From NCBI GenBank assembly GCA_964016885.1, contig OZ024747.1, positions 81,840,001 to 81,904,000 on the forward strand: 64,000 bases of DNA, written 5' to 3'. This DNA comes from Eledone cirrhosa (Eukaryota). The position numbers were made by a program, and so were the translations under genes. Below are positions 1 through 15,122 of this stretch, piece by piece. The first letter of the stretch is position 1. Each line of letters begins with the position of its first letter. The notes beneath the pieces were generated by a model, which saw only the letters and a list, made by a program, of their open reading frames with translations, had not been told where the DNA came from and ran no database searches.

Positions 1-150
1 TAAATACAAGATAAGTGAAAGGAAACTCTGTATTAAACATTACTTATAACTTTTGGCCTACTGTGACCACTTGGGACACATCACTGCCCTCATATTCATG
101 CAAGATGGGGGCCCTCCTCAGCTTGTACCCACTGACCATGAGTGGCTTAA

Positions 151-368
151 CCCTTTAGCATTTAAACAGGCCATATGCGGCCAGAATTCTCTCACCTTTT
201 TCTGTTCAAAATGGCCATAACTGGCCCCTCATACCGATTTTAAGGTATTGTTCTCAAAATATATATCAAAATCTCATAGATTTGATATTATGTGAGATAA
301 TTATGTGAGGTAAAGCCTTTTCTGTGAATATACAATAGTTTATATAGAGTAATGTAAATACTAAAGGG
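151..368 (+). mobile_element. Non-autonomous piggyBac-type MITE (family A)
   Basis: TTAA at 147-150 and 369-372; TIRs CCCTTTAGCATTTA / TAAATACTAAAGGG; three further copies in the window. Confidence 0.8.
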
Positions 369-1231
369 TTAATGTCCAATTTCTAGGCCATTGGCTGGGT
401 GTCAAGGTCCAAATAAAAGGCCTACAAAAAGCCCTGGTTTAAGGCCATGTGATATTTTTCCCGTGAGGATAGACCTGAATAAAGGCATCCAACTGCTGTT
501 AAAAGTCCCATCTAAGCAGACACAGAAAACATGCTGATATCTGTGCATTGTGTGTGTATGCATTTGTTGGGATACCATGCATATACTGGTTTATAGAATG
601 AGTACATAGTATGCTTACATATGATAAGAGGCAACTATGAGAGTTGGCATCAATACTGTCTCAAAAAAGGATTACAATTTAATGCTACCATAAACAGGCA
701 GACATAAAAATGATGGTAATGATAATGATGATGACAACAGCATTTTCAAAAGGATATTTTTTTATGTCTAGCAGTTATTTTTACCACCCAATTAAAAGTG
801 TGCATTGTGATCTTATGACTAACTCAACATTAGTGAAGGTTTGATTTTTATATGTATTAATAGTACCCTTCAAGGCCACGAAATATATAGAGAGATTTTA
901 TTTTGACAAGTGTAAAAATATATGTATTCCAGTAACTACTCTCTGTTGGAGTTTTCTATTTCAAAAATAAAATGCTGTGTGAGAATTTGTATGCAGGATA
1001 CAAAAAAATTACCAGACAAGTGCTAACATTTTTATTAAATTGTTTAATGATTGGGCTTCTGTTTTAGACAAATCATTTCATGCTTAAAATATAGACATAT
1101 AGACTACAGTTTGAGGGATATACGATGTGTATATGTCATTGCATATGTGTATGTATAATGTTATGGTTATGCATGTATGCATTACTGCATCTATAAGTAC
1201 ATGCACACACACATATACCCACATCTGAGAA

Positions 1232-1290
<59 letters not shown>

Positions 1291-1736
1291 ATTTCATCTG
1301 ACGATAAAATTTCCTGAAGTAAAAGAATTCTAAAGAGCCTAATATGTTTATATCAATTTGAAGCTCAAGCACGCATAAACACACACACACAAACATACAT
1401 ACACATACACAAAAATATACACACACACACATGAACATACATACACACACATATACATACACACACACACAAACATACACACACACACGCGAACATACAT
1501 ACACACACAAACACACGAACACACACACACAAACATACATACGCATACATACACACACATAAACATACATACACTCTCACACACAGGATTCTACGCGAGT
1601 GCATTTCGATACGTTTGCTTGGAATTCTAGATGTTTCTATGAGAGTACTTCTATGTGGTGTGGTATGATTTTTTGTGACTGTAAATGTGTTGAAACTTTA
1701 CTTCATATACTTTATTACTTTCGTTTCACCACTTAA

Positions 1737-1811
1737 ATGGCAACAGAATTTTCCAAAAATGAATTTGAAAATGCAGCCACATGCGTGCAACACAGAGATA
1801 AAAACAAGAAG
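1737..1811 (+). other. Candidate first coding exon (MATEFSKNEFENAATCVQHRDKNKK)
   Basis: ATG-open 25 codons in a non-repetitive, CpG-containing island between microsatellites, ending at a strong donor AAG|GTATGT; no downstream exon identified. Confidence 0.25.
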
Positions 1812-1948
1812 GTATGTAACCAACAAAATAAACTTATTATATATGTGTGTAAATGTACATGCATATGTATATATAAGTATGTGAGTGTGAATGTATCTGT
1901 CTCAATCTCTCTCCCTCTCTCTCTGTCTATATATCTATATACACACAC

Positions 1949-1986
<38 letters not shown>

Positions 1987-2188
1987 ATATTTACATATAT
2001 ATATATATAGATAGCTACATACATACATATATACATACATACAAAAAAATTTGCAAAACATTCTTGGGATTCAAGGGATGACAATTTCTTTTCTTTTACA
2101 ACCTTGCCACAAGGAAGGTGGCCGGTCAAAAAAAATACTCGAAATTAAGAGAAAGAGATAACATATATATACATATATACATACATAT

Positions 2189-2235
<47 letters not shown>

Positions 2236-2253
2236 CATACATACATATATACC

Positions 2254-2292
<39 letters not shown>

Positions 2293-2337
2293 GCATACAT
2301 ATATACATATATATATATATACACATGCATACATATA

Positions 2338-2371
<34 letters not shown>

Positions 2372-2477
2372 TACACATGCATACATATATACATACATAT
2401 ATACATATATATATATATACACATACATACATATATACATACATATATACACATATATATATATACACATACATACA

Positions 2478-5400
2478 TCACTCTATCCTATCGGCTAAAA
2501 TGAATCACTAGAGTTGATTTGGATTCGTTCCAGCCACCCATCCATACAAATTTTTCGAAGGTATTTAGCTCTTATGACGCTATTATTATTAATATTATTG
2601 TTGCTGTATTATCGGTTAGTTTGTTAACCTTAGTGTATTATTATATCGGCTATTTGCCATGCGGTATTTTATTGGTTAGTCTGTTAGCCTTGACGTCGGC
2701 CCTCAGTGCCTACCTCACAATTTCGTGCCCGCCCCCTCACACCACCATAGCCTATTCGACCAATCAAACCTCAGCATGCCATTTCTTCTGCTACTACTAC
2801 TACCTAACTAACTCTCTCCTCTCCTGTCGCAGCCCAACACACCCTGCCATTATCCCACCACCACTGTTCTTCTAGCCCTCAATTTTCCCACCGTTATGGA
2901 TGGATGAGCTGAGAATAAATTTGAGCAACTCTCAATCAATAGATGAAATATGAATCTGCGAGCTACCAAGCACCCATGTGAAGCGCCAATCCAGAGACCC
3001 TTCCCTACGAGTGTAGACAAGTGCCCCAAACTCCGCGTTGGTACCATCAATGTAGGCTCAATGAAAGGAAGAGCAGGAGAAATCGTAGAAATGCTAGAGA
3101 GAAAGGAAATTGATGTATGCTGTGTGCAAGAGACTAGTTGGAGAGGAGAGTCTGCCAGAGTCCTTGTAGGAAAAAGTCGGTGCTACAAATTTTTCTGGGT
3201 GGGAAATGACGATGGGATGATGGTGTAGGTATGCTACTAGCTGACAAGTGGGTAGATAAAGTAATCTCAGTGTACAGGTAAATGCAAGAATCATTAAACT
3301 CAGACTAGTCCTGAATAAAACAATTACCACAATAATATCAGCTTACGCACCCCAATCGGGGCTGCCAGACGAACTTAAGAATAGGTTTTACGAGTCCCTA
3401 ATGCACACTACTGCTCTAACAAACGACAATGATTTCCTAATCATCGCAGGAGATTTTAACGGACATGTAGGTAAACACTGCGACGGCTTCAATAGAGTAC
3501 ATGGAGGCCATGGGGTTGGCTCAAGAAATGAGGAAGGATTCAGACTTCTAGAATTCTGCGACGCCAATGACATGTCGATATGTAACACAAACTTTAAAAA
3601 ACCCGACAACCACCTGATCACCTATAGATCAGGGGAGCACTCCAGTCAGATAGATTTTATCCTCATCAGAGGACGTGACAGATGGACGGTCATAATCACA
3701 AAAGCCTTCCCTAGTGAGGAATGTACATCCCAACATAGCTTAGTTGTTAGCGACCTCACGGTCAGAACTAGACGAATCTGGAAACAGAGGCCAACCTGGA
3801 GAAGAAAGATCTGAAAGCTGAAAGACCCCTCAACCAGTAACAGATTTTAAAATATTTTACTCAACGCCTACGACAGTAAAGAAGAACAGATAGAGACATT
3901 CAATGTAGAAGAGAACTGGGAGTTCCTAAAAAATAATTTACTAGAGGCGACGGATGAGGTCTGTGGCTGGAGTAAGACCTCAAACAGGAGGAGAGTGACT
4001 TGGTGGTGGAACAATAAGGTAGATGAAGCAGTTAAGGCCAAGAGACAGGCATGGAAAGAATGGAAGAACGGGGGAAGCAGAGTACATTACATAGATACCA
4101 AGAGGGAAGCTAGGCGACAAGTATACTTAGCTAGGAGGGAAGCAGAGGATAGAAAATTCAAGCATGTTTTGCAACGTGAGGACCAGAAACAGCAGGTGTT
4201 CAAGATTGCGAGGCAGTGTGTCAGAGATAGTTGTGATGTCATTGGAGAGAAGTGTATCCGGAATGATAAAGGTGAGCTGGCCCTCACAAGTGCTGAGAAG
4301 AAAGATGCATGGAAGAGTCATTATGATAGATTACTAAATGAGGAGAATGCATGGGAAGAAGAGACCCTACCTCAAGTAGACCCTATAGAGGGGCCAGCAG
4401 TACAAGTCAGCAGCAACGTAGTAAGTAAGGCAATCAAAGATATGAAGATGGGGAAGGCAACCGGTCCATCGTGTATAGCTGCCGAGATGCTGAAGGCATC
4501 TGTGTCTGTAGGTCACACTATAACCACACGTATTGTTAACCAGGTAATATTAGAAGGTGTCATACCAAAAGATTGGTGCAGTAGCATCATTGTCAACTGC
4601 TACAAAGGTAAAGGTGATGCACTAGATAGAGGAAACTATAGAGGTATAAAGTTGATGGACCAGGTCATGAAAGTAACAGAAAGAGTTATAGAACAGTTGA
4701 TTAGGACCGGGTGAAAATAGACGAGATGCAATTTGGGTTTGTACCAGGAAGAGGCACCACTGATGCCCTCTTCCTTGTGAGGCAGTTACAGGAAAAGTAC
4801 CTAGCTAATAGTAAGCCACTCTACTTGGCATTTGTCGACCTTGAGAAAGCCTTTGACAGAGTTCCACATGCTGTAATCTGGTGGGCTCTTAGAAAACTAG
4901 GAGTAGATGAATGGCTTATGAAAGTGGTACAAGCCATGTATAGGGGAGCAGTCAGCAAAGTTAGGATTAGCAATGAGTATAGCGAGGAATTTAGCGTACA
5001 GGTTGGGGTCCACCAGGGCTCTGTTCTTAGCGCCCTCCTATTCATCATAATCCTGCAGGCAATAACGGTGGAGTTTAAGACCGGATGCCCATGGGAACTC
5101 CTGTATGCTGATGACCTCGCACTTATAGCTGAATCTATGGTAGAACTAGAGAATAAATTCCAAACTTGGAACCAGGGACTCGAAAGAAAGGGTCTCAAAG
5201 TCAACATGACAAAGACTAAGGTCCTTGTAAGTAGACGAGAAAACAGAACCCAGATCCCCTCAGGGAAATGGCCTTGCTCAATATGTAGGAAAGGTGTAGG
5301 TAGGAACTCCATTCTCTACCCCAAATGCAAACAATGGGTACACAAGAGATGTAGCGGGATCTCAGGAAGCTTAATTAAGAATGTAGGCTTCACATGCAGC

Positions 5401-6343
5401 AGCTGTGCTGGGACAGCAAACAGCAAACAGCCACAGGAAACAAGTACCACCAATCTCTGGGAGAAACAGTAGACAGCTTCTGCTACCTAGGTGACCGAAT
5501 TAGCAGCGGAGGTGGGTGTTCAGAAAGTACAATAACTAGGGTAAGAACGGGATGGAAGAAGTTTAGGGAACTACTACCACTGCTAGCTGCAAAAGGCTTC
5601 TCCCTCAGAATGAAAGCAGACTGTATGATGCATGTATCCGAACAGCAATGTTGCATGGTAGTGAGACCTGGGCGCTGAAGGTGGAAGACTTGCGTAGATT
5701 AGAGAGAAACGAAGCCTGCATGCTCCGATGGATGTGTAACAGTAATATACGTGAACGACAAAGCATAAATGAATTGAGAGAGAGACTGAGCATAAGAGGA
5801 ATCAAATGCTGTGTGCAGGAGAGGTGGTTGCGCCGGTATGCGTATGAAGGATGACAGCTGCATAAAACGGTGCAGAGCACTAGAAGTCGATGGAAACCGC
5901 GGAGTGGGAAGACCCAAGATGACCTGGGATTAGGTGATAAAAGCCGACCTTACCCAATTACACCTCTCAAAGGCAATGACACACGACCCTGACCTCTGGC
6001 GTCACGCAGTAATACGGAGTACCCGACCTCCCATGGGTACAAGCTGTAGCATATAGACAATATGCCCCCACACCCCCCACCGCAAGGAGGTGCCACGGCA
6101 AGAAAGCACCCAGCCCACACTGTAAAGTGGACGTGTAGGCGCCATGAAAAAGCACCCAGCACTCACTGTAAATGAGGTTGGTGTTAGGAAGGGCATCCAG
6201 CTGTAGAAATCAAGCCAAATCAGTTCCTGTATGAGCAAGGCATGGTCAGCCGACCAGACACTGCCCACAACAGGACAACCCGTCTAACCCATGCTAGCGT
6301 GAAAGAACGGACGTAAAACGGTGATGATGATGGTGATGATGAT
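2478..6343 (+). mobile_element. Near full-length, disrupted RTE-clade LINE (APE endonuclease + RT with embedded PHD finger), family 1
   Basis: ORF pieces 2950-5990: GTINVGSM/CCVQET, AGDFNGHVG, SQIDFIL (APE); [32 protein letters not shown] (RT); several frameshifts and stops; 3' UTR ending CCCATGCTAGC...GGACGTAAAAC-(GAT)n; flanked by (TA/CA)n. Confidence 0.93.
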
Positions 6344-6713
6344 ACATATATACATATATATATATACACATACATACATATATGTATATACATATATGTA
6401 TATACATATATACATACATATATGTATATACATATATACATACATATATGTATATACATACATATATATATACGTGTGTATATATATATACACACACATA
6501 CATACATATATGCCCCCCACTCTCAAGAGCGTGAACCTAATAAACCTTTATTTGTCTGCCTGTTTTGTTCCCGTCTAAATTTGCACTATACATACATACA
6601 TATATATATATACATACATATATATATATATATACACACACATATATATATATATACACACATATACATACATATATACATACATATATACATACATACA
6701 TACATATATATAT

Positions 6714-7318
6714 GGTGGCTGCCAACTCGTTTTCGAGTACGGCCACTACTTTATATCCATGTAGGAGAACCCCTATCGATGCGCTGAATGGTGTGACTTT
6801 TTAGTCCAGCCAGCGACTTGAAAACTCTGGTACAAACACTACACCTGTGACAATTATTGACACATAGTGCTGGGACCATGGTACCATGTGACGACAAGTG
6901 CAGAGAGATCTCCAGATATAAAGCAATGCCTGTGCCGTGAAGCTTTTATAGTGAGCAAAGGCACTGCACAAAGCCAGTCCCACTCTCTTAACCAAGATAA
7001 TATTTACCAAAAAGAAGAACAAGTCAACATCATTGGATACCTTCAGGGTTGCAGGTGTTATATCAGAGTTTTCCTTCTCCTAGAATTCTGCCTTGACAAA
7101 GGCTAAGGGGTCATCTCTCCGGTGATTTTGGATGGCCATTGACACTTAAGAGCTCCTTTACCCTTTGACAGGTTTTGTTTTTAGTCCTGCAGGATGTCCA
7201 AAGTCACCCTCCTCACCAAGATACCTTGGTGGAGTTGCCAGTTTAGTCGCCAACGACCCGACCATGAGACGGTTGTACTGGGATACATGTTACCAGTAGC
7301 ACCAACTGGTGACCTGAC
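6714..7318 (-). mobile_element. Internally deleted (bipartite) non-autonomous RTE: 5' UTR joined to the 3' end of the C2H2-finger RTE family
   Basis: Minus strand has an RTE-5'UTR-like CTAGGAGAAGGAAAACTCTGA, later encodes KSLAGLKSH, and ends GGCCGTACTCGAAAACGAGTTGGCAGCCACCA, matching the end at 34459-34497. Confidence 0.65.
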
Positions 7319-9366
<2,048 letters not shown>

Positions 9367-9810
9367 CAAAAGTTTTATTTAAGATTGTTGGGTTACAACG
9401 AGTAAATATTTTATAACTGATATAAAAGCACTCAACAGTTTCTGGAGTAGGTTTACGATATTAAACAAATGGAGACTATATTTATAAAACCATATTTATA
9501 TATATTTCTGGGATATCATATTAAAAATATGGTATGCCTTCCTCAGACAAAATACAATACATAAAAGCTGTTTTATAAATAATTAGTGACATACCTTGTA
9601 ATAATGCAACTTCCGTTTTTCTTTCTATATAACTGTCATAACAGTTTCACTACCAAATCAACTTTTTAAATGGAAGTTGCATTATTTCAAGGTATGTCAC
9701 TAATTATTTATAAAACAGCTTATGTATTGTATTTTGTCTGAGGAAGGCATACCATATTTTTAATATGATATCCCAGAAATATATATAGTCTCCATTTGTT
9801 TAATATCGTA
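9367..9810. mobile_element. Fold-back PLE terminal-repeat (pLTR) relic, hammerhead family H1
   Basis: Inverted arms 9454-9618 / 9668-9810; each arm has CTGAGGA-helix II-GAAA; tail 9367-9453 resembles the H2 tail. Confidence 0.65.
9491..9555 (-). ncRNA. Degenerate type I hammerhead ribozyme (H1); second copy at 9729-9790 (+)
   Basis: CTGAGGA + ~13-bp helix II (GGCATACCATATT/AATATGATATCCC, 2 mismatches) + GAAA + TATATA + TA; helix I pairing is poor. Confidence 0.45.
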
Positions 9811-9814
9811 TATA

Positions 9815-9855
<41 letters not shown>

Positions 9856-10528
9856 TAGAAATTAGACAGTAGAAGTCGCACTGATAGACACATTTTTCAA
9901 ATGCGAGAGGGCGCTATAGAAGTGGTGGATAGCTTCCGGTACCTAGGAGATCAGATTAGCATGGGAGGAGGGTGTTCCGAGGCCATAGTATCTAGAATAA
10001 GGACGGGTTGGAAGAAGTTTAGGGAGCTGCTTCCTCTGTTGACGAAGAAGGGTTTCTCCCTGCGTACGAAAGGCCGGTTGTATGATGCCTGTGTGAGGAG
10101 CGCGATGCTGCATGGTAGTGAGACATGGGCTGCAACCGCAGAGGATATGCGACAGCTGGAGAGAAATGAGGCAAGCATGCTCCGTTGGATGTGCAGTGTA
10201 AATGTGCGTGAACGACCCAGCATAAATGTGTTGAGAGAGAAACTGTGTCTGAGAGGGATAGAATGTAGTGTACAGGAGAGGAGACTGAGGTGGTATGGAC
10301 ATGTGATGCGCATGGAGGATGACCGATGGGTGAAGAAGTGCCAGGAAATGCCAGTTGAGGGAAGACGTGGTAGAGGTAGACCACGAAAAACATGGGCGGA
10401 GGTGGTGAGAACAGACCTCAGATCATTGAAGCTCACGGTGGAGATGACGAGGGACCGTGACGAGTGGAGAGATGCTGTGCTGAATAAGACCCGTCCCACC
10501 CTTGCAAGCAGGGAAAAGCGGACGTAAA

Positions 10529-10560
<32 letters not shown>
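9856..10560 (+). mobile_element. 5'-truncated RTE LINE 3' end
   Basis: ORF 9901-10527 VVDSFRYLGD...MLHGSETW...[10 protein letters not shown]...GRPRKTW; (GAT)n tail directly after the stop. Confidence 0.9.
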
Positions 10561-10593
10561 ATATATACATATATATATATATACATATACATA

Positions 10594-10669
<76 letters not shown>

Positions 10670-10682
10670 GATATATATATAT

Positions 10683-10748
<66 letters not shown>

Positions 10749-10839
10749 CATATACATATATATATATACACATATATATATATATACATATACATATATA
10801 TACATATACATATATATATACATATACATATATATATAC

Positions 10840-10880
<41 letters not shown>

Positions 10881-10884
10881 TCAT

Positions 10885-11203
10885 ATATAACAACAAAAGA
10901 TGGTTAAAAGAGTTCCATGTATTTTATTATGCGCATTTCAAAAACAAATATCATCATGCAATAATATTTGTGTTTTCATCAGATAAAATAGGAAGACATG
11001 ATATGAAGGTTAAAAAACACTTGTGGATAGTGCAGTTTTAAATCAACATATTTTGAAATGCGCATAATAAAATACATGGAACTCTTTTAACCATCTTTTG
11101 TTCTTATATATTATGTATACTCCAGTCCTACAAACTGTAGAGTGCTTCTTATCCGATACCTGCATTGCTTTATTGTACTACAATAAAACTCACCTCCTAC
11201 ATT
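10885..11203. mobile_element. Fold-back solo pLTR of Naiad-type PLE (hammerhead family H2)
   Basis: Inverted arm 10885-11050 followed by a direct, 5'-shortened arm 11051-11203; homologous to 38421-38845 and 40812-40890. Confidence 0.8.
10920..10990 (-). ncRNA. Type I hammerhead ribozyme (H2)
   Basis: Helix I TATTTTAT/ATAAAATA (8 bp), CTGATGA, ~16-bp helix II, GAAA, palindromic helix III ATGCGCAT, cleavage triplet AUA. Confidence 0.82.
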
Positions 11204-11209
11204 ATATAC

Positions 11210-11314
<105 letters not shown>

Positions 11315-11359
11315 AATACATATATATATACATATATATATATATACATATATATATAC

Positions 11360-11390
<31 letters not shown>

Positions 11391-11431
11391 CATATATATA
11401 TATACATATATATATACATATATATATATAC

Positions 11432-11462
<31 letters not shown>

Positions 11463-11475
11463 CATATATATATAC

Positions 11476-11506
<31 letters not shown>

Positions 11507-11511
11507 AATAC

Positions 11512-11560
<49 letters not shown>

Positions 11561-11765
11561 CATATATATATAAATATATACATATATATATACATATACA
11601 TATATATATATATACATATACATATACATATATATATATATACATATATATATAAATATATACATATATATATACATATACATATATATATATATACATA
11701 TATATATACATATACATATATATATATATATACATATATATATACATATACATATATACATATAC

Positions 11766-11816
<51 letters not shown>

Positions 11817-11847
11817 CATATATATATACATATACATATATATATAC

Positions 11848-12102
<255 letters not shown>

Positions 12103-12105
12103 TAT

Positions 12106-12138
<33 letters not shown>

Positions 12139-12172
12139 TATATATATACATATATATATACATATATTATAT

Positions 12173-12245
<73 letters not shown>

Positions 12246-12799
12246 CATATATATACAGACATATATATATATATATATATATATACAGAGAGAGAGAGAG
12301 AGATTATACACAGAGAAATATACATATTACTATGTAAGTGTGTACTGTTTCATATACACATATAATGTGCTGTTAGATGCTTATACACCAACACATGCAT
12401 ATACACATTGTCACTTCTAACAAGGTATTAGTGGTTATACAACTATCTTTGCTTGACTAAGTGATAGGGAAGAGTTATTTTAATGAAATGTGTTTGTCTA
12501 TGGCTCTTTATTGCCTTTAAGCATCACTATACAGCCAATAAAATATATGCATACTTTCTACTATGTGTATGTATATGTGCATGTATGTATGTGTGCACAT
12601 GATACTTTAATTTCATGATATTCAAATATAATAAAATTCTAACAAAATATTAAAATATTCAAAATTGTTAGATGACGGTTTTTATTTACCTGTTCTATAT
12701 TTTTATTAAAATTGAGTGGTTTAGTACTTATATTTAATGGTTCTGAGTTCAATACTACACAAGTTTGTTTTCAATTTTAGATGTAGGACGTTGATGGTA

Positions 12800-13213
12800 T
12801 TTAGTATTTTTGTACAAACCTGCTGCCAGTTTCGAGACTAAGCACTTTATTTTAATGTGTTTATATTTATCTAAATTCTTTTCACAATTCTCTGTAGGAA
12901 TCTTTAACCCTTTAGCATTGAAACCAGCCATATCAGGCCAGAATTCTCTCACCTCTTTCTGTTCAAACTGGCCATAACCGGCTACTCATACCGACATTAA
13001 GGTATTGTTCTCATAGATTTTATATTATGTGAGATAAAGCCTTTAGCACGAAAACACAATAGGAAAATGCTAAAGGGTTAAGTTATGTGTCAAACACCAG
13101 CTTAAATAAGAAAGTTACTTCTCTTATTACATGTTTTAAAATTCTTCATTATTTTTTAAATGATTTGTAAATCATAGGCAGTGTCTTTTATTGGAAATGT
13201 CACAATGTAAGGG
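12800..13213 (-). mobile_element. Older TTAA-flanked MITE family B (other copies ~31386-31610 +, ~49912-50040 -, ~58287-58500 +)
   Basis: AAGGG-TTAA end; shared blocks AAAGACACTGCCTA, AATAATNAAGAATTT, TTAAGCTGGT between copies; left boundary approximate. Confidence 0.5.
12908..13077 (+). mobile_element. piggyBac-type MITE family A, nested in a family-B element
   Basis: TTAA-CCCTTTAGCATT ... AATGCTAAAGGG-TTAA; internal homology to 151-368. Confidence 0.8.
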
Positions 13214-13817
13214 TTAAGTTTAATGATATGTTATAAGGAATGTTTTAAAAGTGCATTAGAAAATAATAGCTTTATCAGACATATCTTTAGGTCTCAAGGA
13301 GAAATCTAATAAGCCAATCCCTGATTTATTTCATTTTCAAAGATGTTAGTGACACTACAATTATAATGTTTGTATTTCTATCATTGAGATAGCTTTACAT
13401 ACAGCTGCTATAAAACAGACTCTTCTAGATTCTAATAACAGATATGTAGACTGGAGTATCAGGCAATTAAATACATTAAATTTCACTTGAATGAAAACTT
13501 TAAATTTGGTGTGGTCAAAGGAAATTTATATTACATTAATTTAAATAAATGTCCTTCACATTAAATAGAGCCAGTTGACAGGAACTGTATTCAACATGTG
13601 AGAATCACAACGAATATTAAATGAATTTTATTTGTGAGTCAAGATTAGAGAATTGAATGTGTGTGTGCAGGAGAAAGAGATTGTGCGGGTGCATGGGGAA
13701 AGAGTTTGTGTGTGTTTGAGTATAGTGGATATGAGTGTGGGTGCAGGGCATATGTGTTGGGGTAGGGTGAGTGAGAGAGAGAGAGAGAGTGGGGGGGGGG
13801 GGTGAACATTTTAAGAT

Positions 13818-14040
13818 GACCTAGGGAGGATGATACTTTAAAAGAGTGAACAGCTGGAAGAGATTTAGGGAGCAAGCACTTCTGCTGACAACAAAGGGCT
13901 TCTCATCTGAGTGAAAGGCAGACTGCACTACTACATGACAGGGAAACAGAAGACATGTGAAGGCTAGAAAGAAATAGATGTGTAATGCTAGTGTACATGA
14001 ATGACATACCATAAAATAATAACCTTGATCTGAAGGAAGA
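13818..14040 (+). mobile_element. Highly decayed RTE fragment
   Basis: GCTGGAAGAGATTTAGGGAG...AAAGGGCTTCTC...AAAGGCAGACTG aligns by eye to family-1 RTE at ~5550-5760. Confidence 0.6.
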
Positions 14041-14044
14041 GTGA

Positions 14045-14215
14045 CGAAGATCATGGAATGAGTCCAAATTTGCCAACCAAGACCTCATCCAAGAACCCAC
14101 ATCTAAACTCGCCAGCTTTGATCTTCTTAAAACGCAATGGGTGACCCTTAATCAGATCTGCACAACACATGCTAGGACAGCCCATCATCTCCATCGATGG
14201 AAAATGATTAGAAGA
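14045..14215 (+). mobile_element. Ingi/Vingi-like LINE ORF C-terminal fragment
   Basis: Translates ASFDLLKTQWVTLNQICTTHARTAHHLHRWKM, resembling the recalled GFDLPRxQWVTLNRLRTG..R...LH.W motif. Confidence 0.5.
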
Positions 14216-15122
14216 ATTGAATGTGTGTGCAAGGAAAAACATTGAGTGTGTCTATTTTTATTTTCTCATTTCTATACATCAATTATCTACCAAATCTCAT
14301 GATATAGTTCTTTAAGGATGTAGAAAGAGTGAGGAACCAGAGAGAAAATACAACATTGAATATATAAGCATATCACTTCATTTTTTGATATAAGCCTTCC
14401 TCTCCTAGTCATTAAGATTTTTACTTCCTTAAGTCTGAGTTATTTATGGCACTTAATTTGTAGGTCCTAAATCAAATCTACCAATGTCAGTGTAAATTTT
14501 GTCAGAAGTGAAGCTGGCATTTGTACAGAGAAACAAACACACACAATAAAAATGTTTATCTATTCTATTTTGCTGCACTTTTCCATAATTCATTTTAAAC
14601 TCAAGGTATCTAGATCAGATAAAATATCCAGGCAACCTCTTTAAAATATGTGCCAACTTCACTGACCTTTCTGAACAAATTATTCTAATAGTCCACTTAA
14701 GCCATGTATACTACTAATCGAATATTTACTGAACCCTATTGGGTAAACAAAACATGGTAGGTATTACAAAGTATTTGGCCTTTACTCCAACTTAAACATT
14801 GTTAAACCAAGATAAAATTAAATAAAATTAATCTTAGGACTTTTTAAATATTTGTTTCTGATTTAGGCACAAGGCCAACAATTTGGGGGAGGGGAAAGTC
14901 GACAGTATTATTAAAAACTTTGTATTTTTGTTGGTCGTTTTGTTCTCAAAAGATTTTCCCAGGAACCTTTTACCACACTGCTACAGACCTAGAACTTATT
15001 CTTGGATTTCTGCATTCAGATTACACTAATTTTCAAATTATTATATCATCAACATCATGGCTTTTACATTCATTTTAACTTATGTTTGTATGTGCACACA
15101 CGTGTACATGTGTGTGTGCCTA

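Noticed and set aside
2519-2875. 118-aa hydrophobic ORF upstream of the RTE ORF
   Set aside because: TTG start in a low-complexity RTE 5' UTR; no recognisable domain
13642-14238. Diverged ~28-bp direct repeats (GATTAGA.GAATTGAATGTGTGTG) flanking mixed LINE fragments
   Set aside because: Could be an old TSD, but the enclosed sequence is a mosaic of decayed pieces and no single element can be defined
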